From Carcharhinus longimanus (lineage: Eukaryota), in contig JASCQW010000122.1 in the NCBI GenBank assembly GCA_030264375.1, forward strand, positions 46,436,774-46,497,379: a stretch of 60,606 nucleotides of DNA, in the 5' to 3' direction. Position 1 is the stretch's first letter. Every line of letters starts with the position of its first letter. The notes under the pieces are model-generated. The model had not been told where the DNA came from, searched no databases, and saw only the letters and a list, made by a program, of their open reading frames with translations. Below are positions 23,194 to 37,060 of the stretch, in pieces. The position numbers were made by a program, and so were the translations under genes.

Positions 23194-26100
23194 CTGCCGA
23201 TATATAAAACAATGAAACCTCATTGCCTAGTCACACATCACATTTATTCATAAAGCAGGGGCCTTGCCACTAAAAAGATGATCCATCCTCAATGTTGCTT
23301 TGATAGATGCTGGCAGGAAGGATAGAGCATCTGATCCATAGGCACAGTGAAAATTCCCACCAGGAATAACTTGAGATCGTGCAGCGCAGCAAGGCACCAA
23401 CTATTTTGCTTCCTCTATAGCAGTGCTGTTTAGGTCCTCAGCTAACTCTCAAAGGATTGGACCTATTGACAAGAGAAGGGTTGGCAACTGGAAATGCAAG
23501 TAAGTCAAGTGGAAATTGACCTCCTTCACGGTGAATGGAGTCAATAATATGACACAAGGTCATGTCCTTTGTGAAGCAGAACTGCAGTTAATCTTTGAGT
23601 GGCTGGCAGAGGAGAAAAATGGTTGACAAAATACGAAAAATAAGAGTATAGGAACGGGAGTAGGCAGTTCAGCCTCTTGTCTCTTCTGTCATTCAATATG
23701 ACAATGACTGGTACGTACAGCTCCATTTACCCACCTTAACTCCATATCCCACAATACTCCTACCCAGTAAAAAAAACAGTCCGTCTCACAATCTTGGAAT
23801 CTCCAATTCAGAATCCTTTGTGTGGGAGAAGTCCAGATCTCTACAACCCTTTGTGAGAAAAAGGGTTCTTAGGTTTCGATGCTAAATGGTCAAACTCTAC
23901 TTTTAAGATCAGGCCTCTGATTCTTGGCTTCCCTCAACCAAAAGGAATAGTTCATTCAATCCACCATATAAAGCGATTGATCCAAAGAAGATAGTCACAG
24001 GTCATGTTCAATTGCAAAAACAAGGATTTTGTGTGGTATTGGATTTTGTTATCAGTGGCGTTGCAAGAAAAAAAATCTGATCCATAAAACTGCTACATTC
24101 AGCATAGTTGGACAGTACAGTATGTTGATCAGTGCTGAGAGTGCAGAATGTTCAGACATCTTATATGCTGAGTGTATCCTGATGAACAATCTACCATAAT
24201 GATTGAAAGAAAATCACTGGCATAATGTGGTAATATACTTAGATGAAGTGAACACCCGACACAGTCCATAAAATTATTAATCTATATGTGAGAAGCACAA
24301 TTGACTTTTTCCTGGCTTAACACTCCGTAAATACTTACAATTTTTGGCAGACAAAACTAATATTTGCAAGTTGAAAAACACAAAGCTAACAATGCTCCCG
24401 TGTGCAAAAAAAAACCCCTCAAAATGTAAATACCTTGTGTGCTAAGTACAATTTATAATTTATTACAGTTTATATTCATTTGAAACCAAATAAACATCCA
24501 TTTGTCTCATGAAATGTGATCAATTATACTCTTACATTCCAATTTTGACTTTATATAAAATTAACTGCAGAAGGAGGCCTTTCAGTCCAACAGGTCGATG
24601 TTGCACATGAGCTTCTTACAATCCCGCTTCATTTAACTGGTTGGCATTATCTTCTGCTTTTTTAAGCACTCACGAACATTCCTAGGTTCCCCTTAAACAC
24701 AGCATTTATGTTTTCCATATATATTTTCCAGTAAGAGAATCAAGGGAATTGAGAATAAGGTGGAAAAGTAGAGTTCAGGGCTATTTAGTCAGATCAGTCA
24801 TAATCTCATTCACTAGCGGAGCAGAGTTGATGGGTTGAATGACCTACTTTTAGGCCAATGGCTCTTAGATCTTATGATTTATAAACTCAGAGGGTAACAT
24901 TTGAAAAACCCTTTGAAAATTGGACAGCTCACAAAGTGCTCACAAAGACATGAACGTTCTTTTCTCCAAGACATAGCTCTATTGCTGAACAACGTACTTC
25001 AGGATAAACTGCTTCAATTCATTTCGCAAGGCAGCAACTCATCACACAAGACAACAACTATATTCACAGATCAATGTTCCCAACGCGATTCCCGACCATG
25101 GGCTAGAGAACCAGTGGAAAAACCAGCAGGCCCTTAACTGGCCGCCTTTTTCTGGGATTTAGGACTCCAAGGATGCATATCTCACCTGCTGAGTACTCCG
25201 GCTATTCCTAGACTGTCGGCTCTCCATCAAGGGCAACACTACTGGGGGCAATGGGTGCTGCCGGCAAGGCCTTCAAGAGACGTTATCGATGGAGTCCTGA
25301 ACAGCAGTGAGTTGAGGTCACTCGAATGGGTCACTGAGGAGTGTGGGGAGAGAGGGGTGGGGTGGGGAGACGTTAAATGAAAGGGCTAGCGTTAGAGGTT
25401 GGCTCTCAGTGGGCACCCTGCTCCTAATGTCAGATCTCTAGATTGGGCAATAAATGCTGAAGAAAGAGGGATTCCCCCTGGGAGTTGACATCTTCAGTGG
25501 GATTTGTTGGGAAGACTTCAGGAAGCACAGGAACCGCATGCAGGTTCAGGAGAATCCCTTAGCCACCACTAAATCCTGGTAGGCTCGGGGATACTGACCT
25601 TTGAGTCGCTCAGGAATGAAGAATTAGCGAAGAGGCAGGTTCCCCGTGTTGACCCAATCACATCGCTGACCTAATGGGCTCAGTTTTCTGAGCGAGGAAT
25701 GGGCCACAGGCCCATTCTGGGGACTGACCCTCCTCCTAGCCTGCTCCAGTGGGTGCCGTTGACTACCAGTCAATGATTTTCTTAAAAGCATTCGCAACCA
25801 AAATTCTGTCTAAATTCGGCCAGAAGAGGGAGCTACCAGATCACAAACTGATCTGCAAAAATACATCCATCATTCTAGGGTACCAATAAGATCTGAAATA
25901 CAGTCAGTAAGATAAAGACCTACAATTATATTCAAAGTAAATGTCTGAATGTTGAATTCTCTTGCTAAATTATTTAGCTTGGAGAAACAGAGCTAATGCT
26001 GTGACTATGTCAGCATTATTCAAAATAAAACTAGGTTGCAAAGCGCAGTTTAATTTCAAAATCACCATAAAGCTTGGCTGGCCTTTTGTGCAAAAGTAAT

Positions 26101-26194
26101 TTAATAAGTTCCACGCTAAGAAAGAAAAGTAATAAATTCATCCTCATTCTTATCTATGAATTTTTACACTCTTATGCTGGGGCTTAGGAGTGAG

Positions 26195-26635
26195 TAGGGC
26201 ATTGAGTTTAAAAATTGGCAAGAAATGTTGCAGAATTGTAGAACCTTAGTTAGGCCACACTTGGAATATAGTGTTCAATTCTGGTCGCCACACTACCAGA
26301 AGGATGTGGAGACTTTGGAGGGAGTACAGAAAAGATTTACCAGGATGTCACCTGGCATGGAGGCATTAGCTATGAGGAGAAGTTGGAGAAACTTGGTTTG
26401 TTCTCACTGGAATGATGGAGATTGAGGGCGACCTGATAGAAGTCTACAAGATTATGAGGGGCATGGACACAGTGGATAGTCAGAAGCTCTTTCGCGGGAT
26501 GGAAGAGTCAATTACTAGGAGGCATAGTTTTAAGGTGTGAGGGGCAAGGTTTAAAGGAAATGTTTGAGGCAAATTTTTTTATACAGAGGGTGGTGGGTGC
26601 CTGGAACTTGCTGCTGGGGAAGGTAGTGAGCAGAT
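26195..26635 (+). mobile_element. CR1/HER1-like LINE fragment
   Basis: TLVRPHLEYSVQFWSPHYQKDVETLEGVQKRFTRM. Confidence 0.9.
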
Positions 26636-27804
26636 ATTATACTGATCTGCTCACTTNNNNNNNNNNNNNNNNNNNNNNNNNNNNNNNNNNNNNNNNNNNN
26701 NNNNNNNNNNNNNNNNNNNNNNNNNNNNNNNNNNNNNNNNNNNNNNNNNNNNNNNNNNNNNNNNNNNNNNNNNNNNNNNNNNNNNNNNNNNNNNNNNNNN
26801 NNTCTATTTGCTTTTATCTACTCAATTACAGTAATTTTAAATGTTAGCACTTTCATATATTGCTCATGTTCTTTGTTTCTTTACAATTTTGTCTTGTGTC
26901 ACTTCATTGTTTGATAAATGCAACCTATAGGGCCAAATCCTATTACTTAGTTCTGAAATAACGTTACTTGATATTTTACCATGTTTAATGTCAGACGAAT
27001 CACCTTGGCTAATTTTTATAATTGTGTAATTTTAAGTAACAAAAGCTTTCAAAACTTGCAGTCTTAATCAATGTAAATGAGTCAATCAATTCTCTTAGTT
27101 GACAAATGGCTGCTGAATGATCAACTGCACACATTTATTGGAAATTTGATTTCTAACAAAATTACTGGTGGATGGTACATGGAAGTTAAATCTGCTAAGA
27201 TGAAAGTCTGGAAGAGTGGAGAACACTTCCTAATTATTTTTTTCCTGCTGTCTTGCAAAAGGTGGGAGTCAAGCAGAGCTTAAAGAAATGTCTAAACATA
27301 CATTATAAAGCTTTTTCAATTGATTTGTTCTGGTATTACGTCTCTGTCGCCAACCACCGCCTTGCAGAGAACCATTGGCAGCAAGGGACTGAGCCGCTGA
27401 GATTGATTCACTTCTCACATATACATCACCTGGCCTTGTGTTCCAGTGTGTACACTGGACACCTAAGGAGAAACCTGACTGAATATGGCCAACAATACCT
27501 TTCTGTTTTGCAACAAGCGACCCTTGATCAGGTTGGGAAATATAGTTAGCTTTCTTCACTTTAATCCAGCAGCTGTGTTACTAACAGTGGTACTTTACTG
27601 GTTACCCCAGTTCAAATCAACTAATTCAGGCTGAGGAAGGTTCAAACTTGTGAATTTTCTGGTCTGCACGACTCAGTGGATTAACTAACTGGATCATTAA
27701 GGGAGCAAAGGTAATTTTTCGATAACGTGCGAGGGATCCCCGTTAAAATGTTCTCCTCTTGCTTGACAAACGTTCTCTCTTTTTCCTCAAGCCTAGCGCC
27801 CTAC

Positions 27805-28120
27805 TGGAGGTCTTGTGGCACTCTGCGTAGCATCCCTGCCTCTGAGCCAGAAGCCCCGGTTTCAAGCCCCACCCCTGGACTTGATGGCCTAGGAGGGTGC
27901 TTTCATGATGCCGTCAAACCAGGTTGAGTGAGCCAACCTGAAAATCTTTCCAAACACACCAACGGCTGGGAAGGACTCCTAGTGGGCCATGCTGGATGCA
28001 GAATGGTGTCCCTCAAGCTATAAGCCCTTGATGACATTCTAGAACCTGTTCTGGGAATTATCAGCTATGGAAACAGATGAGAGTCTGTCTTAGTGAACCA
28101 CAAGGTGTGGGAAGAGAATT
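27805..28120 (+). mobile_element. tRNA-derived SINE (third family)
   Basis: tRNA-like head gtggcactctgcgtagcatccctgcctctgagccagaagccccggtttcaagcccc. The 3' end is approximate. Confidence 0.5.
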
Positions 28121-29906
28121 AGAATAATCCCTGAGTGGATGGTGATTTGTACGTTATTTTGGATGAGTTACCATTTAAAGCTCATTAAAAAAGGTTACAC
28201 ACTCAATTTCAGTCATAGAGGAGAAAAATATATTTCCATGTATTCCTCAGGAATAGCATAATTTAGTACTGGTGGTGATTATCAGGTGGGATGCGAAGAA
28301 ACCCATTATAGGTCAGCAGTAAATATCAACTGTTATTGCACACAATGCAATTTCTTCTTTGTTGGAAATTAAAGCACTTTGATTTGTTTAGGCATTATTG
28401 GAGGCAGAAGATTAAAAGGCAGGCCCAGTGACGTGTACGAGATGGATAGCGATTTACGCTTACTGGAGTTAATTAGGCTATCTTATCTCACAAAAGCAGA
28501 CATGCTCTTTCTGGATTTCATTGTTGAGAGAGGAACCTAATCATTCCACAAGACCAGATGCCCTGAAAATTCTGACTGTCTGCAAGTGGGCTCAATTGTT
28601 TCACTTTCACATCATGGCAAAAGCAAATTTGGTTTAAATTATTGTTTTTTTTTTGGGTAGGCGAATTATTTGTATTCATCAAAGGATTTTAGTAGTTGGA
28701 TATTTCTCCACTCCTTCCAGTCTATCAGCTTCAGTGAGTTCCATGTTCCATATGCAGCAGGCTAGAAAGAGCAAGCTTGCCCTACTTTGTTTAACATGGA
28801 CATATTGCTTGCACTGACTTGAGATTTTCCATATCCTTATGGCCATTTTGAGAATGATAATTTATTCTGGGTTGAGCCAAATATTTGGCTGCAGACCAAC
28901 ATCTGCAGTAACAGGTCTTTAAACTGTTGAAAATGATACTGAGCTGAACTGTTTTAAGTTTTAATCACGTTAAATTGAGCGGGAGGAGGAAACTGCAATA
29001 TAATGAAGCATTATTATCTAAGCTTTGGCATTATATTAACGTTTTAAATTCTGTTACGGTGCATAAGCAGTTTAAAAAAAAGGTTTCACTCAGAAATCAT
29101 GTTTAACTTCATACAATTGTTGCAACCTTTTTTTCATTTGTTCATGGGATGTGAGCTTCATCCACAAGGCCAGTATTTGTTAAACATTCCCAGCTGCCCT
29201 TGAGAAGTCGATGGTGAGCTGCCTTCTTGAACCACTGCACTGCAAGTGTTACATTCATGGTGCTGTTAGGAAGGAAGTTCCAGGATTTCGTCACATGACA
29301 ATGAGGGAACAATGTTTTTCATTCCAAGTCAGGATTAAGTACAACTTGGAGAGAAACTTGTAGGTGGTGCTCCTCCGATATGTCTGTTGCCCTTGTCATT
29401 CATGGGTAGAGCTCGTGGGTTTGGAAGGTGCTGTCAAACAAGCCTTTATGCATTGCCGTTTTTCATTCTAGTAGATGGTATACATGACTGCCACAGTGCA
29501 CCAGTGTCTGAAGGAGTGAATGTTTCAGGCCATGGATTGGGTGGTGGTTAAGTGGTTGCTTCGTCCTGGATGGAGCTGAGAATCTTGAGCAGCATCCATC
29601 CATCCCAGTACAGAGTGTGCCATTAAACTAAAGATGTACCTTATAGATGGTGATCAAACTTTGGAGAGTGAGGAGGTGAGTTATTTGGTATAGGATTCTC
29701 AATCTCTGCCTGCTGTTACAGTATTTATAAGGCTGGTTCAATTAAGTTTCCAACCAATAGTAATTCTCAGGATGTTGATGGCAATGGGATTCAATGATGG
29801 TAATATCACTGAATAGCAAGGGAAAATGGTTAAATCCTTTTGGTTGGATAATTGCCTCACAGTTGTCTACACAAATGCTACTTGTCAATTATCAGCCCAA
29901 GACTGA

Positions 29907-31003
29907 GGGTGCAATCTTACAAAAAAAGAATTCTGAGTGCTGAATGAATGAGAAAATGGGAGAGTTTCAGACTTGAATTTTGGGCGAGTTTGTAAGGTGG
30001 TAATCTTCTGCCACCTTATCACAGAAATGTGATTCTTACCAGAGGTGGGGATGGTGGTGGTCGTGGTNNNNNNNNNNNNNNNNNNNNNNNNNNNNNNNNN
30101 NNNNNNNNNNNNNNNNNNNNNNNNNNNNNNNNNNNNNNNNNNNNNNNNNNNNNNNNNNNNNNNNNNNNNNNNNNNNNNNNNNNNNNNNNNNNNNNNNNNN
30201 NNNNNNNNNNNNNNNNNNNNNNNNNNNNNNNNNNNNNNNNNNNNNNNNNNNNNNNNNNNNNNNNNNNNNNNNNNNNNNNNNNNNNNNNNNNNNNNNNNNN
30301 NNNNNNNNNNNNNNNNNNNNNNNNNNNNNNNNNNNNNNNNNNNNNNNAGTCCCACTGTGGCCAATTTCTCCCCCTACCCCCACTGGTTAGTTCCTGTGCC
30401 AGTTTCCACACCGCCCCCACCCTAGCCAATTATTCACTCTGCCCATCTTCCCCTACTTCTTCCCCGATGTTCGCTCCCAATACTTGGCAAACCCTCCCGC
30501 CCCATCCTCTTGTCAATCACCCCTTCCACTGTACTGGGAGATCTCATGCCATCACCACCTCCCCCCCCACCCCATAGACATTGTTGCTCCCCCCATGCCG
30601 ATTGCCCCCAGTGCTGGTCTACCCTCCTTGCTCCCCTCTCGTCCCTCTGCTGATCAGCCCTGCCTGCAGAGGTCCACCCTTCCTTCCCTCCTCAATGGCC
30701 ATCCCTGCTGAGTTCCTCCATTCCACCCCTCCCCCTCATTATAGCTCCACCCATTTGGCACTGCCCCAGCAAAGCTATGGTGCCTGGCGGTCAGTGCCTT
30801 GGTACCAGGTGGGCACAGCAATACCCCCAACCAGCTGGGGGTTTCAATGACGTCCGATCCCTCCAGTGCGGGATGGTCTCCCACTGGTGGAGACTACATA
30901 ATTCGCGCTTGAGAGAAGTTCAACTGGCGAGCGGATAGCTTAGAGTGAACCCGGACCTTGACCCACTGTAAGTCTGCTGGGACAAGGTCATAAGGTTGCG
31001 CCC
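29907..31003. mobile_element. Non-autonomous DNA transposon with 13-bp TIRs (PIF/Harbinger-like)
   Basis: gggtgcaatctta...taaggttgcgccc (11/13 match as inverted repeats). GC-rich interior with an internal gap. Confidence 0.6.
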
Positions 31004-34000
31004 TAGAAGTTTTAATTGGGCAGTGGAGCTGCAGCACTGAAAGGCCATCAGCTCAGAAGAGTCTGAAACAAACTAGGCCAAACACTTCATCAACCCCAAT
31101 ACACCTCAGTATGTTCCTGTAATTCCGGATCCATTCTCCACCTGAAACTGGTTTCCATTACATAACACTGAATTTTACAGCTGTATGAAGCACAAGATGA
31201 AAAAACAATTACGCTGAAAACTCTCTTTTAATTGAGAATAGGCCCGTTGGTCAGTGACATAGTGGTTGAGGCTCAAAACCACCACAAGAGGAACAGCATC
31301 AGGAAGATACTTCAGTCAGGACGGAATGGGATCATGGCAAGTCAGGGTGAATGGTGTACCACATAGTGGCACATGGGAGTGGACCAGAAATGCAAGTTCC
31401 ATGACCCTGATAAGCACTAAGTTGTGAAAAATTATCATGTAACTAGCCTGCAACAATATGTGATACAGAAGTATGACACTGGATTGTGACTCTGGCGTAA
31501 CAAGAAAGGTGCACAAAATTTTGCTCTAAAACTCTCCATGACTTCTCTCCTCTCCATGTCTCCCATTCCTCCAGCTCCGCAACCTTCTGAGAACTCTGTT
31601 CGAATTTCTCTAGCCTTTTCTGCACTCCTTGTTTCCTTCACCCAACTTCAAAAGCCATGTGTTCAGCTGTGAAATCCTAAACTTTGTAATTTCCTGCCCA
31701 GACTACTATGATTCTCCAGCTCTCCCTCTGTTCCTCCTTCAAACCCATGTCTTTGACTAAACTATTGGTCAGATCTCCAAGTATTTCATTCTTCGGCTTG
31801 GAGCAATTTTTCTGCCTGATTATGCTCCTTGTAACAACCTGGGGGAATGTTCTACTACGGTAAAGGCATTGTACAATTTAAGTTTTTATTGCTCTTTAAA
31901 TTATAGATACATGTGGTGAGGCAAAGATATCTGCATGGCATTTGAGATTACTTGAGTTGCCAAGCGTCAAGCAAACTACTTCAGAAAACAACATTGCCTA
32001 TTCCCTCTGAATTTAAGTGCATGGAAAGTCTTATTGATGAAACAAATCAGTAAGTCATGTCAACTCTGATTTATAACCATTTCAAGGATGTAGACCAACA
32101 GGAAACCAAAATGCCAAGAGTAACAAGTCTTGCGATTTATAAGTGAGTCGTTTGTCTTCCCGATGCAGAGTTATTTGTAGGGCTAAATGTAAGACTAAAA
32201 TACAAACAGATTTACAAAAACACTAAAACCTATCCTACCCTAGTCAGAGCTAGCCAAATGAAACCTACCAAAGGTCTAATTATGACAGGGAATTCTCTTC
32301 GCTGTCCCTTGTGATGAGATACACGTCATTTTCTTTACAATTATATCCAGGTTTCCAACGATAATTATTTGTGCAGAGTCCATTCATTGGAGCAGGCTAT
32401 TTACCAAATCAGTACTAATATGTCTCCTGTTGTCACTGCTAAAGAAATTGTGTTCCAGAGCTGGGAGATTACCTCAGACAGCCGCTGTGTCCTGGTGCAT
32501 TTAATTTGTAATGTTGCCAAGTTAATTTTTGAAAGAAAGGGAATTATGCAATCCTCTCATTAAGGTAAGATAAGAGGCACATCAGGTGGCAGCCAGAATG
32601 GAGCCAATGGAAACTGAGCCTCCGAATTTGGAGCCTTATGATGTCTCTTGACCTTCCTCATACTGAAGTTCTCAACAGATGTTCTCTTAGAGTATTTGCT
32701 TGAATATTGCTGTTTTCTTTCTGTTTTCAGATTCATGAACTGCCTGGTATTTTCTAATTATTGGTTAGTTCTGTAACATAAACATATTTTTCTATTCAAG
32801 GTGTAATAAATGTTTATTTTTATTTTTTGAAAAAAGTGCATGTTTTGTGCAATTGCTGAATAGTTTTCCACATGTTACTATCGGGAAAGAACATTGGGTA
32901 CATTATGGAATGGATATCATATCATATGCTATAAGGATAACATATCAATGTGTACACATTGGGGATGTGGAAATGTCTTATGGTCAAGATAACTTAGGGT
33001 TACACTCTGCATTAGAAGATATGAGGTCCTGTCTTCAATGGTAAACTGTTGTATATAGTGGGTAGGATCATTATCTTTACAGCTTTGGAAGGGTGTATGG
33101 TATATGTTCTCTTTCAAATGTCCTTTTCATTCTCTCTTGAGTGATGATACAGCAGTACAGGTTCGATCTTTTGGTGATCGGCTGGGACGCAGGGTGGGAG
33201 GGCATAAAATGACAAAGGAAGGAAGTGGATGGAACACCCATAACCTTCCCACTACCATGTTGTTTTATCAGCAAAGGGGAAGATAGAGGTTGACCCTTCC
33301 ACTCAGATGTGAATCGAGTCACCTAATTTGCCTCCTTTGCTGCCACTGGTGGGGTGTGTAAGGCCCTCTGCTGCCTCAGGAGATTGTCCAGTGAATTCTG
33401 ACAGGCTTGGAGGTGGAGCCTCCTATTTAGGCACTATGTGGACCACTGATGGTCCTCCCACAACAACACCCAACCCACCCTCAGCAACCACACCACCAAA
33501 CCTTGCCAGTGCCTGCCTGGCTGGACCTGGCGTTCCTAGACCTCACTCACGTGGCTTGGAGGGCAGCCTGTTTCTATGGCCGTGGCCTTCTCATTTCCAC
33601 ACGCAGTCCCGACAGTGGCCACCGCTCCTGGTGGAGATCCTGAGACCTCAGAAATGCCGGGCCTTTGGTTGGTTGGCAGCTCCTGGGAGGGTACCCATCA
33701 TGTGAAGGAAATTAATTAGCCGGTGGATGGTCAATAAATATTGCTGGGGGGGGGGGCGCCACAACTGACTAAGGCAGGGGTGCTCCTGGCTTTTGGATCT
33801 GCTGTAGAGCTTCCTGAGGTGCTGATAAAACTCCCATCTATGTATGTTTTAATTGTGGAGAATTGTAAGAAGAAGCTGTGTATTTTCACAGCTCCTAGTG
33901 GGGACATACATTACTCACAATAACCGTCGATGTTCCAATGCTGTTAAACTGACAACACATGTGTTTGTCAGGTGAGTTACATTTTGCCACTAGGGGAAGT

Positions 34001-34949
34001 GCGTCGTTGCAGACGATAGTGACGATTGCACTGTTTGTTCTTGGGTCGTTGGGAGCAGCATTGGAGGGCGGGTAAAAAAAAATTGCCGAGCTGCCATGCG
34101 CCTATTGGCTCCATCACTGCCTTTGTGGGCTGTGAGAACTGTGTTCAAGAAGGTTGCCATCCTCAATCAAAACGTAGGTTCAAGAGTAGTTACTTTGAAA
34201 ATAAGTTTGCCAGCCATTATCAGGGAAGATATATCTAGTGAGAGAAGTGTGATTTTAATCATTCATTTAAAGGGATTATTTTTTAATGCATTGCTCTGAA
34301 AGCAGGGTTGAATTGAATATAAATGAGGGAATTAATACAGCGCTAACCTTGTCACTGAATCTTTGATGTTAACAATAAAGCAGCTGCTTCGTGAGAGGGA
34401 AACATTTGCGACCGCCATGTCCTGACAGAGACGCACAGACAGCGAGTGGCTTATCAAAGAATCGCAGGAGCAATGACTGCAAATTCCCCAGGATGGAGCC
34501 TCACGAGCAATACTATCACATTTTCCACATCTTGCACCAATAGAGATGCTTTAATATAATGAAACAGCCCCAGCTGCTTCACGAGAGCACAGTCAAACGA
34601 TATTTAGAACTGGGCATCAGAAAGATATTATGCCAGATGACTAAAAGCTTGGTCAAACAAGTAGGAGTTCATTTTAAAAACTTCTTTTGTGATTTTGAGT
34701 GTTTTGAAGGAAGACAGAAAGGTGAAGAACCTTAGAACAAGAATAAATATCAGAACATAAGGTAAATGGGAGCAGCAGTAAATCATTCAGGCCCTTGAGC
34801 CTGTGCCACCATTCAGTGCAATCTCATAGCCGGCCGAGTTTAGTGCCTAAACATAAGCTGCTCACTGAATTTAAGACTCCACTTGCGGGGGGCAGGGGGA
34901 TGTGGGCAGGCACAGAGCAAATGGCTCACCAATGTTCAATTTGGGTTCC

Positions 34950-36110
34950 TCAAAAACAGGGCAAATCCAACACAGCCAATTATTGCCCCACCAATATACT
35001 CTCAATCATCAAAGTGATGGAAGGTGTGACTATGAGTGCTGTCTGGTGGCACTTACTCTGCAATAACTGGCTCACTGATGCACAGTTTGGATTCCAAGAG
35101 AGGCTTTTGGCTTCTGGCCTCNNNNNNNNNNNNNNNNNNNNNNCAGCCCTAGTTCAAACATGGACAAAAGAGCTGAGGTGAGGTAAGAGTGACTGCCCTT
35201 GAACATCAAGGCAGAATTTGACTGAGTATGGCATCAAGGAGGCCTAATAAAACGAGAGTCAATGGGAATCAGGATTAAACATCTCCAACTGGATGACAAT
35301 CATCGCAGACCCAAGACATTGACGCAGGAGTTTCTCAGGGTAGTGTCCCAGGCCCAACCATCTGCACCTGATTCATCAATGACCTTCCCTAGAGTATAAG
35401 ATCAGAAATGGGGATGTTCTCTGATAACTACACAACGTTCAGTATAATTCATGTCTCTTCAAATAGTGCAGCAGCCCAAACCCGCACACAGCAAAACGTG
35501 GACAACATCAGACTTAGAATGAGAAGTGGCACATACCATTCGGATCACAGAAGTGCCATGACTAGGCAATGACTATCTCCAACAAGACAGAATTTAACCA
35601 TCTCTCCTCAACATTCAACAGTATTACCATTGCTGAGTCCAAAAACATCACTGGAGATACCACTAACCAGAACCTTGACTGCACCAGCCAGTGATACTGT
35701 GGTTTCAACTTGAGATAGGAAGCTGAGAATTGTGGGTTGAGCAACTCACCTCCTGACATCCAAAACCTAAACACCATCTACAAAGCACAAGTCAAGAACA
35801 TCCAACCATCTAACCAGGAGAATCTAACCATCTCACTGGAAAAGCCACTTCCAGGCAGTGCTTACTAGAGCATGTCAGAATCTGAGCATTCCGCGACAAG
35901 AAACACACCATCTTACTCCTGACAGTCTGTACATCACCTACAAAATGGAAGTCAGGAGTGTGATGGAATACTCTCCATCTGCTTGGATGACTGCAGCTTC
36001 AACAACATGCAAGAAGCTCAATACTCTCCAGGACAAACCAGCCCCGTTGACTGGCACCACTTCAACCATTCAGTTTTTCTGTTACCAGTACACAGTAGCA
36101 GCAAAGAACA
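34950..36110 (+). mobile_element. LINE RT remnant
   Basis: KSNTANYCP...TDAQFGF...ALVQTWTKEL..., GVSQGSVPGP and MEYSPSAWM motifs. Confidence 0.8.
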
Positions 36111-36932
36111 AGCAACAAAATCTTGCTACAGTACCTTCCGAATTGCAATCTCTACTGCTTACAGAAACAAAGTCTGCTGGCCCATAAGAACAAAACCATC
36201 TGTAGCTTGTTCTCCAATTTAAAGCATTCTGACTTGGAGCTCTACCACCAAAGGGGACCAATATAATAAAAAACTTTAATATTCACCTTTTGGTTAAGAA
36301 TGACTAATAACCATAAAAATCAATATCAAAATGTAATCTTGGACTTGTCTACAATTAAGTTCATTTTCAATTAAATTCTTCATAAAATAAATAATTTGAA
36401 ATAAATGCTGGAAAACCAATGTACAGATCTGAAATTTATTAGGAGTTCTAACCCCAGTGGATTCTATAAACAGTAGCATCTGTTCTAATTTATGCTTGGT
36501 ATATGTAATGATGCAAATCTAGCTAAAAACCATTTTGGTAACTGGAGTAGAGATGTAATTTCCTGTTGCTTGATTACCTGCAATTCAAATTGAAGTTGTA
36601 CAAAAATGTTTCTCGCACTGTTTTATTTACATTTCTTAACTCAACAGCTGGATAATTTCAATTTTTCACATAAAAAAACAGCTGAATTAACAGGGACGTG
36701 TGCAAGAGCCACCAGCGAAATTCACCGTGAACATAAAATGTCTTTTTGTTGGGGATTAAAATTTGAAAATTGATTCTGTGTGAACACTGGCTGATTTGGA
36801 TCATGTAGCAATGTGACAAGATTAAGGTTTAGATCAAGTCAGAATTTCTATTGCTTTTCACAGTAACCTTATAATGAAAGCCACCACTCAGATCATTAAA
36901 CAGCCTCCAGTAAATTTGTCATCTTCACTCAC

Positions 36933-37060
36933 CTCAACACGTAGCACAGTGGTGAATGTCTTGGCATCTTCAGTCACCCCACCCAGATAGAGAGACTTGG
37001 TAAAAACAGGGGCATGGTCATTTTCATCTTGTACCTCAATGAAAACCTTGGCTGTATTTG
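36933..37060 (-). CDS. PCDH15: Protocadherin-15 exon (EC10-EC11 linker and start of EC11), 128 nt
   Basis: TTTTCCAG|CA AAT ACA GCC... to ...GTT GAG|GTGAG. Translates TNTAKVFIEVQDENDHAPVFTKSLYLGGVTEDAKTFTTVLRVE (DxND-x-P calcium motif). Phase 1 to 0. Confidence 0.96.

Noticed and set aside
22867-23223. 118-aa ORF as a standalone gene
   Set aside because: It is the PCDH15 EC11 exon read through into intron on both sides. The same applies to 59165-59368.
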